A stretch of 64,000 nucleotides of DNA from Phoronis australis (taxonomy: Eukaryota; Animalia; Phoronida), in contig NMRA01000016.1 in the NCBI GenBank assembly GCA_002633005.1, positions 590,443 through 654,442 of the forward strand, given 5' to 3'. Below are positions 37,201-52,200 of this stretch, in pieces (the stretch's first letter is position 1; each line of letters begins with the position of its first letter). A program made the translations under genes and the position numbers. Under the pieces are notes generated by a model. That model was given only the letters and a program-made list of their open reading frames with translations, ran no database searches and was not told the origin of the DNA.

Positions 37201-40200
37201 AGGTAAGAGTACGTTACGTTAAAGTTATGTAACTCGCCAGGGAAGACAAAAGTTTATGCAACAGTGAAAGTAACGGCGATCACTGTGACAGCAGTCTAAC
37301 AGAAATACAATGTTTAACTGGAAAACAACTGGCTTAAATTAAAACACACCTCTTTCCATGCATGTCACCTCAAAAATTAAAGTAGCGGTTCTCATACAGA
37401 CATGTATGACCAGATGTCTCACTGAATCAATGTAACTTATAAACGAGATCGATCTCCGTCTATTATTTCAGTATCTCTTGAAGTGGACATTGTGGCCGAG
37501 TCACTTGGTCGAGATCACGAATTTGCCAAACGCGTTTTAACCGACATGGCAAACAAATGTATTCAGGAGAAGGATGTCCTTCACAGAGTTACATCTGAGT
37601 ACATGGATGAAAGGTAATTTTTCTCAAAGTCAAAGTTTTACAATTAACACCCTCAACAGCACATAGTCACGTAAGCAACAAGGAAGAATGTTGATTTTTA
37701 ATACCTTTCTAAAACCAAACGTGATCCCTTTATCTACACGAAAATGTCAAATAATATTGCTTATTGTGCAGGGACGACTTGAAAGGTGTATCGCTGGTCT
37801 ACAAAGGTTGGATACGTCTGTATCTGGACAAAGGGAATTTATCTGCAGTGGCTGCAAATTTCAAGAGCTGCATGTCGTTCAAGGCAAACATACCAGGCGT
37901 TCTGGCGTTCAACTTTGATCAGACAAAAGCCGAAGTTGAAGGTAAAGTAAAAAAACTTTAACTAAATTTACACTCTAATTTCGACATCCTTTAAAACGAT
38001 ATCCATCAGCACGAAGATTTTCATGTAACATGTTACCCTTTACGTTATGCGTTTTTAACACAGGTAAGACATTACACCTCATTGTGTAACCTGAGTATTT
38101 TCATCACCTTCATGTGCACCGTTTGCAGGCAAATGTGACCGCGTTGATCTAACATTCGAAAAAGGTTTGTGGATCCTTCGTCAAAAGGACCAAGAGGCAG
38201 TCATTAGGTATCGGTTGCAGAACGTGTTTGGAAAATGGTACATAGAAGAAGGCGGTCGGGCAGTTCTCCTTACAGAGTTCCTCGAGAAGAAACAGATCAA
38301 TACTAGAGGTGTAGTAACTAAGAGCTGCGAGTCCCTGTTGTCTGACTGCATTAAAGAGCCACAAGGAAGTTGCCTGGGTTCAAAGGCGGAAAAAGACCCG
38401 GGATGTGCCGAGTTCAAGAAAGAAGTATACAAACGAGCGACTTCAGCGGACGTTGGTGAGTATTCAATTCTCAGTACTTGATTCCTTAATTCAGAGTTCT
38501 ACGAACTCAAAAGTAATTCGATATCTAACATTTTCAAGTTTGCCTTGCACTTACTGTTATCTGTATTGTTTTTAAGTTTCACTATTTTCCGATTCACCAA
38601 AACGAGACTTGCAAAAACTCGATATACCTACATGTTCATCTTTTACCCAGGTTTCGGTAAAAGCCTCTTCTAGACACGATCTTTCTACTTGATGCGCCAT
38701 GGCTTACCTGTGCATACTATGACCTGTGCACACTATCACCTGTGCACATTATCACACATCTGAGCATACTGTCACGGAAAGACAGACAAATAGGCACCAA
38801 GAAAAAAGGATACAAAAATACAACTATGCAGATGTAGTATGATAAGTCGAAGAATTATCGAGCAAAAAGGCGTGTACGGTCTTGGCGAAGCAACTGAACC
38901 GTTCAAGATTTTAATTACGGTAGTATGCTTTGAATGTGGAAACACGATGCTCGTTCTTTTACCGACGCTTTCTTACATGTACATTGTAGCACATTTTGTG
39001 GGGAGAGTGATCTTTGGAAAGTACGACCAAACTCTAATTGACGTGCGCAGCAAGGCATACAACGACTCTGTGGGACTGTGTCATCGTGGAGTGGCCATGC
39101 AAATGTCCACGTGTCAGCTGACAGGTGTCTTCCACTTTTCCGTCGTTTCCCTCAAGCACTGGTAAGCGTGACCTATACGGGACAGTATTTGAGTTAGTGA
39201 GTTTTAACTTACCAGAGCTGCGCAATTTTAAAGTCATTTGCAAGTTTGTTAGAGAGACAGAAGTGTTTGCTTAAAACAGAGCACAATAACAGAATTCGCA
39301 AGCTTCTTGCAAAGTCTCTGACAAATTTAAAAACCACGACTTTTTCGAAAAGCATGAACTAGACGGAGCTTAAGACCTTATCCACAGCTCTCTGTATCTA
39401 GCTATATGTTTATTAACCAGGATTTTTAGCTCATTAAAAATATGTTATATCTGAAACTGTAAAGCATGTAGAATTCGAGTTTTGACTTACTACCAATCTG
39501 TCAAAGGTTGAGTCACACTACCAAGTCTTTTTAGTAAAACGTAAGGACGTAAAGCCCACAGCGGTGTAGTTAACGTTACAAACGATTCAAATTCGCAGTT
39601 TTTTTGAAGGGAAGAACCAGAGAAATATGTTCGTTTGTACTGGTGTGCAATCTTTTTGGTCTCCCCTATTTCACTGAACTAAGAAAGAAATAATTTGGCA
39701 ACTCTGCATTGTATGTGTTTGTGTTCTGCAATAAATATGTATCACGTTGAAATGAATTGCCATTAAACAACGGTATTGAAAAGATAATCTTCGGTAAGTC
39801 CACAGCACTAAATAGTGCAAATAATAACCCTTTTCAAGTACCACATACACCACAGGAGATTTGTAAAATGGCCGTTATGTCCGAATTGACAAAAACGGAT
39901 GTTGTTGAATATTATGAAATTGAGAAAATTATTTTTAAAAAGAATTGGCAATTGCTACCTTTCAACAGTGGATGGACGCCTATCGCTCATTTGTTCGCAG
40001 AAGACTGACAATATTAGTGTCTCAGGGAGAATGCGTGAGTGTCTGGGTTAACGGATGGTATCCACTTATCATTTGTAATCATCCCAGTTCAGTTTCAATT
40101 TGTGTCAACATTGTCCATGAATATAACTGAATGAATGTTAAAAATATCAAAAAAGAAAGACACGTTCACAACAAAATCGCAGCTTAAATAACATAACCAG

Positions 40201-43200
40201 ATTTTGTTTGACATAAACGAAGATGCATTTTTTAATGCCTTCATTTCGTTTTCAATAAATGTAACTTTTGAGTTTCTCATAAAAGCGTCATATTTGCATA
40301 ACGGTTCATGCAAAAATGGAACATGTAAAACAATTCCTTACAGAATTTTTGGAGCAAATTGTACAAAACGTATTCTGAAAAAGTGTTATATGAATCAGAT
40401 CAGCCACTACTGAGATACGAGCCCCATCTTGCGGCGACAGGAAATGAGAGGAGACTATCAAGGGTAGGTGACGACAGAGGCGAAGGCCGCGTTATGACGA
40501 AACAGTCTCGGTTGTGAAGGGCTCCTATAGCTGACCAAGCTCCATGTCCTCAAATATGGAGATCGGCAACCGTGCCCAGTTACCAGGTTAGGTCGGACTT
40601 AAATCCTTTATATTTACAGGAATGGCTCTATCGGTTGTGAGTTCGATTTTCACTACTATGGGCGAGATCGGGAAGATCTACAACGCTGCTTCACCAATGC
40701 GTTCACGACCGGTAAAATGGGAGAGCTTGACTTGAATGTCAAGGAGAAAGCAACTGCGCTGTTTGGCAAAATTAAATGTAAGTAGCAAGCCTATAAGTGA
40801 GATCTATGTAAGAAGTGGAAACGAAGTGTACTGTACTTGAGCCCTTTATCAACCATGCGTATTTGCCACCATATTGACTATCAAGTACTACTCAGGGGCA
40901 GGAGTAGGCCTACTAGGGCAGCGCACCACCGATGGATATAGCTTAGACGACTGTAGGAATATATACCAAGTCAGGAACAACGTTAATTCAAATCTTAAAA
41001 TTTTCACCTTTCCAGATCAATACGACAACTCAGTACCATGGCCGAACTGCACCCAGACATGTGGCGTTGAACTCATCAACAGAACCCGTCCTTGCGTGGA
41101 TCAGTTGAGTCGTGTATGGAAATACAACTTTTGCGGTTCCCGTGAACGCGCCATTGAGTTCAGCAGCAGCCGTTGCAGACTCAAACCGTGTCGATGTACC
41201 GCCAATCCTTGTGCCAGCAATCCGTCGTTATGTCAAAGAAAAGTGATCCCTGAGAACGAGTGCTTCGTGGACGACGATTGTCAGCACCACTGCTCATGTG
41301 ATAACACAGCGTACTTCTTTGCAACTAAAGACGCCAAAGGATGCAAATGTAAGAATGCCCCAGACTCCGTAGAGACGGTCAGTCACACCAGATGCTTAAG
41401 CACAGGTGTTTTATATGTGCCCATTTTCATATCTTAGTTTCATAAAGATGCTTGACCATATGGGCCAGTGGATCCAGCGGGTGAATTAGTTCTCATATCT
41501 GTCGCTTACACTGCATGCTGCTCAATTAGATGTAGTGTTCTACAATACGGTCCTGTGTAGGTAAAATCATCGCAAAAGTTGAAAGGGGGAGATGTAGACA
41601 GAGCTAAACATCGAAGGGAAATATCTGGAACTGAGAATGAAAAATCCGAAAACGCAGGACAGACCCCAGTGGTGAACCAATGAATGAAGAATTAAATGAG
41701 CAATCGACGCAAAGTTTCTCTCTATGGCCGTCGCAGAAATGTTAACCACCATCACTTCTTAAAATTTAATTTATTTTAAAGGGAATTCTTAAAAAATATG
41801 AACCCCAACAAAACTGAATTATCGGTTGAGTTGAAGAACTTTGATCTTTTGCAGTTGCACTGGTACTTGGATTTTTCACATTAAGCTAAATCTGATCACA
41901 ATGCAACCATGCTTTTCTAGGTAGTTACTAAGAAGCCATTTCTGACTTAACTGTTGTCATATCTGTTCCAATGCGAGCATACATTACACAAACATTTCAT
42001 TGTATTCATTCCTAGGAGACAGTTCTCAATTGCTTACGTTTCACATTTTCCTGACTGATTATTTACTCAAAGTACGTTATGCTTGCTAATGGCGTCGTTA
42101 TCGGCTTTGATTTGGTGTGCCATCAACCCGATTTGTGAACAGTTGGAGCAGTTGAAGTAAACGCTTAAGTGACCGATCTTATGACGGGAAGTTTAAAAAA
42201 GTGGGTTGAAAGATCATTCCAGACAAGCGCATTCCATGTAGTTGTTCAGGTTTCAAAGTATCACCCTAGCAACCCAAAATTATGAAAGGACTCGCATTGC
42301 TTACTTATAGACTTGTATTTGTCGACGAAAATTACAAATTTCTACGTTCTTATTTAAAGATGAAAACCCTTGCAATATCGACAACGAGTGCTACGACCAA
42401 GGAAACAATGTTGCCCGTTTTGGAGTGGATGCGACGAGAGGCAAAGACGGCTGTAAACGAGTTAAGCCAGGGACGACATATGAATGCATTCCATTACCAG
42501 GGTACACATTCGCTGGGGCAGATCGTAGGGAGCTTGTTGGTATGTAAATGGAGACGACATATTGTATGTACTTAACGTACTGTCTCCGCTTTTTGTTTAA
42601 AACAGAAGGACACTTTATTTAATTCTAACAAACTACATGTAAGGATGTTTATAAGAACATTGCATTGTGTTCCTGTAGTACTTCTTAAAACCAATTGCAA
42701 TTCGTGAGAAGTAAACCTTTGTTTAATATCAATCATCATCCTATTGGATTTTCCGTGACGTTGTTGAGTACTACACAGACTGCATTGTAAGTGCCAATGA
42801 ATGCGACACTATGGATGATAATGATACAATTACCAATTGTCAACAATGTGGAGTAAATCAGTGAATAGCGCTCATCCCATTTACAGAGAGTGATTCTTCA
42901 GAAACCTGAGATAACTGAGGCATTTTCATTGGCATTGTATTAATCAGTGTGTTTACATGGGCTTCAGATATTGACGAATGCACACTGGGTACAGATAAAT
43001 GTGACAAGGACTCCACCACTTGCTCCAATACCGACGGAGGCTATAAGTGTCCATGCAAAGCAGGCTATCAACCATACGAAGGCGTCGTAGAAAGTTATGT
43101 CGGTAGACGATGTTGCAAAGGTCAGTGCTGCCAGAAATCACAACAATTTGATAATATTCTAGAACCTAAGCTTGTTACTAACGGGAAACCTGGTAGTGAA

Positions 43201-46200
43201 CTTGTCGCATAGAGATCAGTAGATAGGCGTATCCATTGTTCGCTTTGTTTTTCTTCCTGAAAATAATGTATTTGTCGGTAGCCGGGTGGTGTGCGCCAAC
43301 GGTACGATATCCATGCAACCTGTATGGTTATATCCATGTAACAGAGCAAGTCTCCACTGAACATAAGAAATATGTATTTACTCTCATCAGCATACGTTTC
43401 AGTTCAATTGCATATGACAACGATCAATTTCCATGATAGCAAAGGAAGGAAACACCCTTCTTCTAAGCCTGTCGCTAGCGAAGTGCCCGACACATTCAGT
43501 CGCGCCCACATGCCCACGTAACAAAGGCGCACTGAGACGCAACAAAGACATTAGCATAAGAATAACTGAACATTTGCAACTAAATAAGAATAACAATAAA
43601 GTTACTAACGTCCCGTCACATTCTCCCCCCTAACAAAAAATGTCGTCCCGACATCATTAACATACAATATGAAAACAAAGCGCAGTGAAATGGAAATCAT
43701 TCAGTCTCCTCGTACTGGCTACAGACATCACAACGCACATTCCACTTTCAGCACGGCAACGCCTGGCGCGCTCGCAACAGCAGCAAAACTCAAAATACTA
43801 CAGACCTACCAAGTCCCTACCATCCAAGATCTCCGACCTATTTACAGTTTTAATCGGTCCGGCACCATCTGCCGCCCGCACAGAATACACATTATTTCTC
43901 CGAGAGACAATGTGATAAGGAACTGAACCAAATGCATTCTGAATTTTATTCCTCCCTATGATACTATGGTCTCTCAGAAATACCGTTGCACCAACCGGAA
44001 GTGATTGGGCGAACACACGTGTATCATTTCTAGCTTTATTTCTATCATTCGAAGTGTCNNNNNNNNNNNNNNNNNNNNNNNNNNNNNNNNNNNNNNNNNN
44101 NNNNNNNNNNNNNNNNNNNNNNNNNNNNNNNNNNNNNNNNNNNNNNNNNNNNNNNNNNNNNNNNNNNNNNNNNNNNNNNNNNNNNNNNNNNNNNNNNNNN
44201 NNNNNNNNNNNNNNNNNNNNNNNNNNNNNNNNNNNNNNNNNNNNNNNNNNNNNNNNNNNNNNNNNNNNNNNNNNNNNNNNNNNNNNNNNNNNNNNNNNNN
44301 NNNNNNNNNTGTAACAGAGCAAGTCTCCACTGAACATAAGAAATATGTATTTCCTCTCATCAGCATACGTTTCAGTTCAATTGCATATGACAACGATCAA
44401 TTTCCATGATAGCAAAGGAAGGAAACACCCTTCTTCTAAGCCTGTCGCTAGCGAAGTGCCCGACACATACAGTCGCGCCCACATGCCCACGTAACAAAGG
44501 CGCACTGAGACGCAACAAAGACATTAGCATAAGAATAACTGAACATTTGCAACTAAATAAGAATAACAATAAAGTTACTAACGTCCCGTCACATCCAACA
44601 AAGATGTAACAGAAGAAAACAATAGTAGCGTCCTATAGGTGATGACCATGCGACCTCACTTACGTCCTTCGCATGGATCTCGCAAGTTACCTTACGACCT
44701 CCATACGACGTCATGTGGCATGATATTACTAATGTTATCGGTATTACTAATACGACTCTCAGAATTCATAATACTACTAGAATAATCGGTAACAATAATA
44801 ATAGTCAGTGTGTTCTTAACATTAAAGCGGCTACAAACCCACCTACATTCACAAAACTGGCCTCAGTTGTTTTCCAGTCAAATTTGGTATGATTTCAGGG
44901 TAGTGAAAGAAAGGAAAGTTCGTTAATATTGAAAACAGACTCTAAAAGTTGGCTTTTCAAGGCGAGCATGGTATCATGAATTCAAAAAAAGATACCAGCA
45001 CGAAGACTAACAAAAAATTGAGTGTTTGTACAACACAACAGTTAGAAGTTATCAATTCTTGCTTGCTAGATTAGTTACCAACATAAATTAGGTCTCCGAT
45101 TGTCCCTTACTGAAACCAAAGTGTATTTCCGGGCTCACAAATACGTTATAGACCAATAGTGAATAAGACAGGACTAATTAAATTGTCTTGACATCATGTC
45201 TCGTTATTGGCACCGGCCATGGCCTTAAGAAATGAGAAACCGTCATCTCTTGGCCAGCTCAGAAATCATAGTAAGCAACACGTTGAGCCAAGTTTCATAA
45301 TACTAAGCACTTGTAAATCAACAGCAATTTCTTTGGTAGAAAGCTGGGTCACGACAGATTTAAGGTCAGCTCTTTACACAGCAATTTTGTATTTCGACGC
45401 TGCATTTCGACCAGGCTACACATTTAAAACTCCAAGTTTGTAAATGCTTGCCGTTCCAAATATCTAAGACGCAAATGAAAATGTTTTTAAGATATTCAAC
45501 TTTAGAGACGGTCATACATGATAACCAAGGCACCTGCCCTAGAAAACATTCAGCTCCAACCACATAAATCTGTTACACAACTGTATTTTGCATCATTACA
45601 GATCGTCTAATAAAACCTTTTGGAAGCAAAGTTGACAGTGGAAGCATGTCAAAACTCGAAGTATCTCACCCATTAGCGGGGTCACAGTTTGCCAGAGTTA
45701 ACTTTGCCACTCTCAGCGGAACTTTCATATTCCTCCGCCCGGGCGAAATAAGAAGAGCGAAGTCAAAACTCGGAGGCAAAAAGTCGTTTCCGAGACCTTT
45801 TGAAAACTTGTGCAAACTCATGACAATATCGAAAAACACAATTAGTGCAGGCGTGTTCCCCTATTGGACAACGGTGCGGAAGGGCACATTGTACTACAAC
45901 GAATACCGTTTTGATAGCAAAGACCCTAAGAAGGACGAAGTGTTCACTATGGTGTCCGAGACGGTTGATTCCACGGGATCCTTTGAACCTCAGCACGTCA
46001 TGATCTATACTTGGGAAAGTCTCACTGACAAGCAAAGCGCAAAGTCTAATGAGAGAACTATAACCTACCAGCTCTTGCTAGCCACCGACTATGTGAATAC
46101 TTACAGCTTTGTACTGTATAAGGACTGTCACATGAATTGGAAGCCACGAGGTCTGTCTAAGTTGAATCAGTACTTCCAACTTCAATTAGGCTATGGAGTG

Positions 46201-49200
46201 AACGTCATCGATGGACCTGGGAGCTTGTGTGAAGAGTTCCCCAACGCCTACCTCAATTACACGCAGGACCAAAATGATGTACTTCTGATGGATAAGCAGA
46301 TCATGACTCCAGGAGGACTACCGGGGGTTATTGTGTCCAAACTCAGCAACAATGATCCCAACACATTCCAGCACAGTGGGTACGAGTGTCTGAAATGGCT
46401 GCAGGCTGATGAAAGCAGAACGTTTGATTTTAACGAAACATCCTGCGATCAAGTACCAACGACTATTGATCAAGTTGACGAGGCCTACTGGCAGAAAATT
46501 AATGACACGAGGCTTGGGGATATCACGTGTTACGTGAGAGGTCACAAGAGAGGATGCTACAAGAAGAATGGAAAACTCCTAAGACGGAACTTCAGACAGA
46601 CGCTGTTCCACAATATTTTACGGAGAAGAGAGGCTGGTGATGAAGAAGATTTGTTGGCGGCCGAACACTGCTGCTCCTCGTTGAACATAAGAACTTTAGC
46701 CAGCTCTTCAGCTCTTTGCAAGCAGTTCCTGGCAAGACGACCACTTTGCAGTAGCAAAAAGTTTTCAGCGAAACGCCTAGGTTTGTATTCTTGTTCACTA
46801 ATAATTGGTTCCTGTGGGAGAAAGTGAATTTTACAAAGCAGTCTACTCTTTACAAATAAGAAACCCAACCATTCAAGAACATTAAGGTTGTCAGTCTTAT
46901 TTTGCGTCTGGAAGTGTTGCTTGTGATGTTACTGGCTTCATTCGTATGCCTAATATAATCTCATCTTCTCTACAGCTAACTCTGTTGGTGATCCACATAT
47001 TGCAACTTCCGACGGATTCGCTTATTCCTTTAACGGTCACGGTGAATACCTGATGGTAAACCACTCCAAGTTCGTGCTCCAAGGTAGGACTCAAAAAGTC
47101 ATGAAGAACAACACGGAGAGGTGCGCCACCATTTTCTCTTCGGTTGTGGCACAGCAGCTCAGCCCTCAGAGTGACGTGGTTGAGTTCAGGATGAACAGCA
47201 CTGGTGATGGAATTGGTAAGAATGTTATGTAACTTCATGCGTAGTCGATTCAGCTTCATCAGTGTATTTACATATTATGCGGCAAAATCATATTTTTTGA
47301 ATTCCTAACAAGTCAGATTGCAACCTTATCCAGCGTTACATATCTTAAACCATAATATCTTAGCTGTATTGATTTTGGTGCACAAGAAGACGTGTCCGTC
47401 ATATCCAACTTTTTGAGTAGTTTAGATTCCTCCGGGCCAACCGCATAAGACGACTGACTGCTTCTTTGTGACCTCTCCCGGATTACAGACAAATCGGGTG
47501 TCATCCGCTAACAGCTTGACCGGCGGAACCGGGGAAGACAATGAAGTTTAGCGAATTTGTCAGTTCTTTCTAACGTCATGAGTTGCTGAGTACAAGAGTA
47601 ATTGAGATGTGCGTTGGAACCTGGGGCGTTTTTCACTAAGTGTCTCGTAACTTTACTTCGTTTTACACAGAGCTAAACTGAGACTTACTAACTCATGTGC
47701 TGTACAAGAAACAAACACGTCATTGCCTTAACACAAAATTCCATTGATCTTTACTGCTTTCAGGATGGATTTTAAGTTTTTAGAGTTTGAAGAACATGTA
47801 GCCAAAAACGATTACAACATTTATAGCGGTTACATTTGTCAATAAAAAACATTGCAGAATGACAAAAGGACGATTCCAGCTGAATACGACGATTTCAACT
47901 TGTTCCCTTTCAAGTCAAATATCAAACGTCAAAAGGAGAACACTTCGCGCTGAGTGACACAGTAGACCAACAGATATTGACCATAAATACTATGTATCAC
48001 TGGCTTGAAACGAGACAACAGTCGAACGTTCGGAGAATTTTTAGGCTTTGGCGCCGAACCACCAGTAGCCTACGGCAGTCGGTTGCTAGCTACACTGTAC
48101 GACTGCGCATGCGCTAAAACCTCTGATAGAACAATACAGACTGGATGCCAGACAACCGATGACAAAGATGATGACTATTGTAGAGAAAATTAATTGTGTA
48201 GTCTATTGTTTGCTGGCTTGTCGTCTAGTGCTTCCCTGAAATGTCAAAACAAAGAATAATCAGGTTAACTTTTTTCCGTACTCATGACTTACATGTATTG
48301 TCACACCACTCTGTTGCAAGAAACGAGTCTTCACTCAGCGATCATTCTGGAANCTTAAACCATAATACCTTAGCTGTATTGATTTTGGTGCACAAGAAGA
48401 CGTGTCCGTCATATCCAACGTTTTGAGTAGTTTAGATTCCCCCGGGCCAACCGGATAAGACGACTGACTGCTTCTTTGTGAGTTCTCCCGGATTACAGAC
48501 AAATCGGGTGTCATCCGCTAACAGCTTGACCGGCGGAACCGGGGAAGACAATGAAGTTTAGCGAATTTGTCAGTTCTTTCTAACGTCATGAGTTGCTGAG
48601 TACAAGAGTAATTGAGATGTGCGTTGGAACCTTGGGCGTTTTTCACTAAGTGTCTCGTAACTTTACTTCGTTTTACACAGAGCTAAACTGAGACTTACTA
48701 ACTCATGTGCTGTACAAGAAACAAACACGTCATTGCTGCCTTAACACAAAATTCCATTGATCTTTACTGCTTTCAAGACGAATTTTAAGTTTTTAGAGTT
48801 TGAAGAACATGTAGCCAAAAACGATTACAACATTTATAGCGGTGACATTTGTCAATGAAAAACGTTGCAGAATGACAAAAGGACGATTCCAGCTGAATAC
48901 GACGATTTCAACTTGTTCCCTTTCAAGTCAAATATCAAACGTCAAAAGGAGAACACTTCGCGCTGAGTGACACAGTAGACCAACAGATATTGACCATAAA
49001 TACTATGTATCACTGGCTTGAAACGAGACAACAGTCGAACGTTCGGAGAATTTTTAGGCTTTGGCGCCGAACCACCAGTAGCCTACGGCAGTCGGTTGCT
49101 AGCTACACTGTACGACTGCGCATGCGCTAAAACCTCTGATAGAACAATACAGACTGGATGCCAGACAACCGATGACAAAGATGATGACTATTGTAGAGAA

Positions 49201-52200
49201 AATTAATTGTGTAGTCTATTGTTTGCTGGCTTGTCGTCTAGTGCTTCCCTGAAATGTCAAAACAAAGAATAATCAGGTTAACTTTTTTCCGTACTCATGA
49301 CTTACATGTATTGTCACACCACTCTGTTGCAAGAAACGAGTCTTCACTCAGCGATCATTCTGGAAAATTAGCGACCTATGCAAGTACAATGTAGGAACTG
49401 CCCTTGCCAGGAAACGAAGTAATTGGTGAAAACTGATCATCTCAATCAAGGTGTAGAAAGTCTTATTTTGTGAGGTTGAACAAATGTTAATGCACTCCTG
49501 TCTGAAACCAAATTTACCTCGTGGTGGCCACCAGTTCGCCCCCCCCAAGTGTGGCCACTTGCCAGCCTCACTGTTTCTCTTTTCCCTACAAATACAACGC
49601 CTACATATTTGTTAAACCAATGCACTTGTGGGGAACAGTAAGTGTTCTGAAATGTGCTTTATAATACATTTGATAGCTGACTTTCGAAATAACGGCGTCA
49701 TACTGAAGTTTACTGAGTTAACCCGCCAAACGGCGATCAAATCTTTGGTGGGTATGCGTTCAGCGCCACCAACAGATCCTATACAATCCGTGCGGGAGGT
49801 TTCAACCTGGTTGTATAATTAGCTTTTTAACAACTTTCCTGGTATTATATTGTTGGCATATCTCCACTGCTGTGAGGTGGGAGGTACCAATGCATTACAA
49901 AAAAGGCAAACCAATTGATAACTAGGAACGCCCAGTTCCATATATTTCCCTCTGCAAAGATGTACATGTATTCGCGTCAGAGTCATTGGGTGCACCGATA
50001 AAACAGGATCATTTCGATCCCAGTCGGTGTCAAAAAGCTAACTTTAAATAACCAAACAATAGGAGGGGCTGACAATGGAATCTATTCCTCTGCTTTTATA
50101 TTTATGATCCGTTACGTAGTAACTGAATTTCTGTCCACCAAATCTGATTCCAGATCAATCACTGGGAAGTCACTTTTGTGCTCTCAATACTCTAGAGATT
50201 GCCAAATTAAAAGTCCCTTATTACCCCCAAGATCTACTATGTTGATTGTCATTTTGGCACAATGAAAGGTGTCGTAACATTTACCGGTATTACTGTCATA
50301 CCACACTTGTGTTATCACTGTCAATGGATTTTTATAGATGTATATCGAAACAAGGCTGTTCAAGCATCGGCTGGCCAGGACATTCTAACTACAGAGCTGG
50401 AGTGGACGCAGGTCAAGATAGCAAGTCAAGATGAGGCTGGGACGCGGAGTTACCTCATGAAGTTCTCCAACGAAGAAAAGGTCAAAATATCCATCTCGTT
50501 TGGCATGATGACTGTTTCTTTGGTTACCCCTGGTGACTGGAGTGGACAGTTGCAAGGCATGCTGGGTAACGCTAATGGTGACCCCAAAGACGATATCGTA
50601 AACCCAGATGGATCGCCTGTGGTCAATGGAATTAATTCTACGGAAGAAGAACTGTATACATGGGGCCAAAAATGTAAGTTGGAACACCATTCTTTGTTCT
50701 GAAGCTTTTTTAAGTCATGAGGGAGTGTACAAACGCACGCATACTCTTACGCACAAATGCACGCCCCCGTATTGTTATTCAAAATTTGTGTGCCGTGCAT
50801 TAACTTCCTTGCAGGCTATACTCTACAATAATCGGAAATGAAAAGGATCAATTAATTAAATTATTAATTAATTACTTAATTAAATTTTGTAAAGACAGGA
50901 AACCCTTACGAGTGGATTGAAAACTAAACAGCATTCAATCATTGTTATTTTATTTTTGGAAATATTGTTCATACAGAATGTGGTGCTATGATCTGAGTAT
51001 GAGCTGGCATCACCAAGAACACAACGGTTTTTGCAATGGCCAGGATTGGCAGTATGAGAATGTCGTCTCGGGAGGCGCTCGTGAACAGGCTCATTGACAG
51101 CATATGCAATCTCATAAGCAATGGTGAAGTGTGGTTTTCTATAGCTATACATGTGCACAAAGAATGCTAGAAAACCTGTTGTAATTCTCTCGTGAACTGT
51201 GGCACAACACGAAACAAAACAAAGGAGCTGTTTAAATCTGCAACAAAGTCATTTCTTTCCTTAGGGCGAATAACAAGCATGAGTGACTCGATGTTCCAAT
51301 ATGGCGCCAATGAAAACCTTACCACATTCTACGACTCCGCTTTCCAACCGTGTTTCTTCAATCCCAACCTCACTCAGATGTTCCCCGACCAGTCACTGCG
51401 CACGCAGGCACTTGGTGCATGCAACGGTGGAGCAGAGGACAGCGATCCGAGCCAGAGGCGAGAGTGTTACTTTGACTTCCTGGCGACCGAGAACGCAGCT
51501 GCTAGTGCCAGTACTTCGTCCCAGAAGACTGAATTGGCCAGCGAGCAAGAAAAGTTGTGTAAGTTCGTAGCAGCAAAACTCTTTATATTATTCCAGACGT
51601 TCTAACTAAGATTGTATGAGCGGACGAACAAAAACGCATTTAAGTGGTTTGTACATTGTCGTTTGCTTTACTGCGTCAGTAAAATGAGATGAGCTCGTGA
51701 TGTGCTTAGTTATTTGGAAAGCCGTACAGTTGTTGAATAACCTTGGTGTGTTCTAACTTCAGCTAACTATGCACCGAGTATAAACAACACGGAAGAGCTG
51801 CAAGTTGTTGTTGGCCAGTCCTACTCCAACCTGGCAACAGTGCTGGCTACGGACGAGAACGACGGTGACACCGTCTCAATCTCGTTAAACAGCGATGTGC
51901 CTACTGGAGTGGCTGTTGATGCAGCCACTAACGTGTTGTCATGGACAAGCGTGCAGTACACAGCAAACGCCTCCATTATTGTCACCGCCACTGACCAGAA
52001 GGGGGCAGCATCATCGTGGGAACCGACAATCAGATTGTGCAACTGTCAGGTAAACATCCTGTCCTTCCTCACAATTTGATGAGATGAGGACACTTTCAAC
52101 ATGTAACTTATATAACGTGAGTGCCTCCGCAGATGGCATCAGTGGAATTTGAGATTTTTTAAATTTCTCAAAAATAATAACGATAAAAACAATTTACTAG

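Noticed and set aside
47344-49365. Real tandem duplication or duplicated small gene (identical 62-aa ORFs at 48005 and 49018)
   Set aside because: The junction is a single N, so this is most likely a haplotype overlap. The ORF is intronic with no recognisable features.
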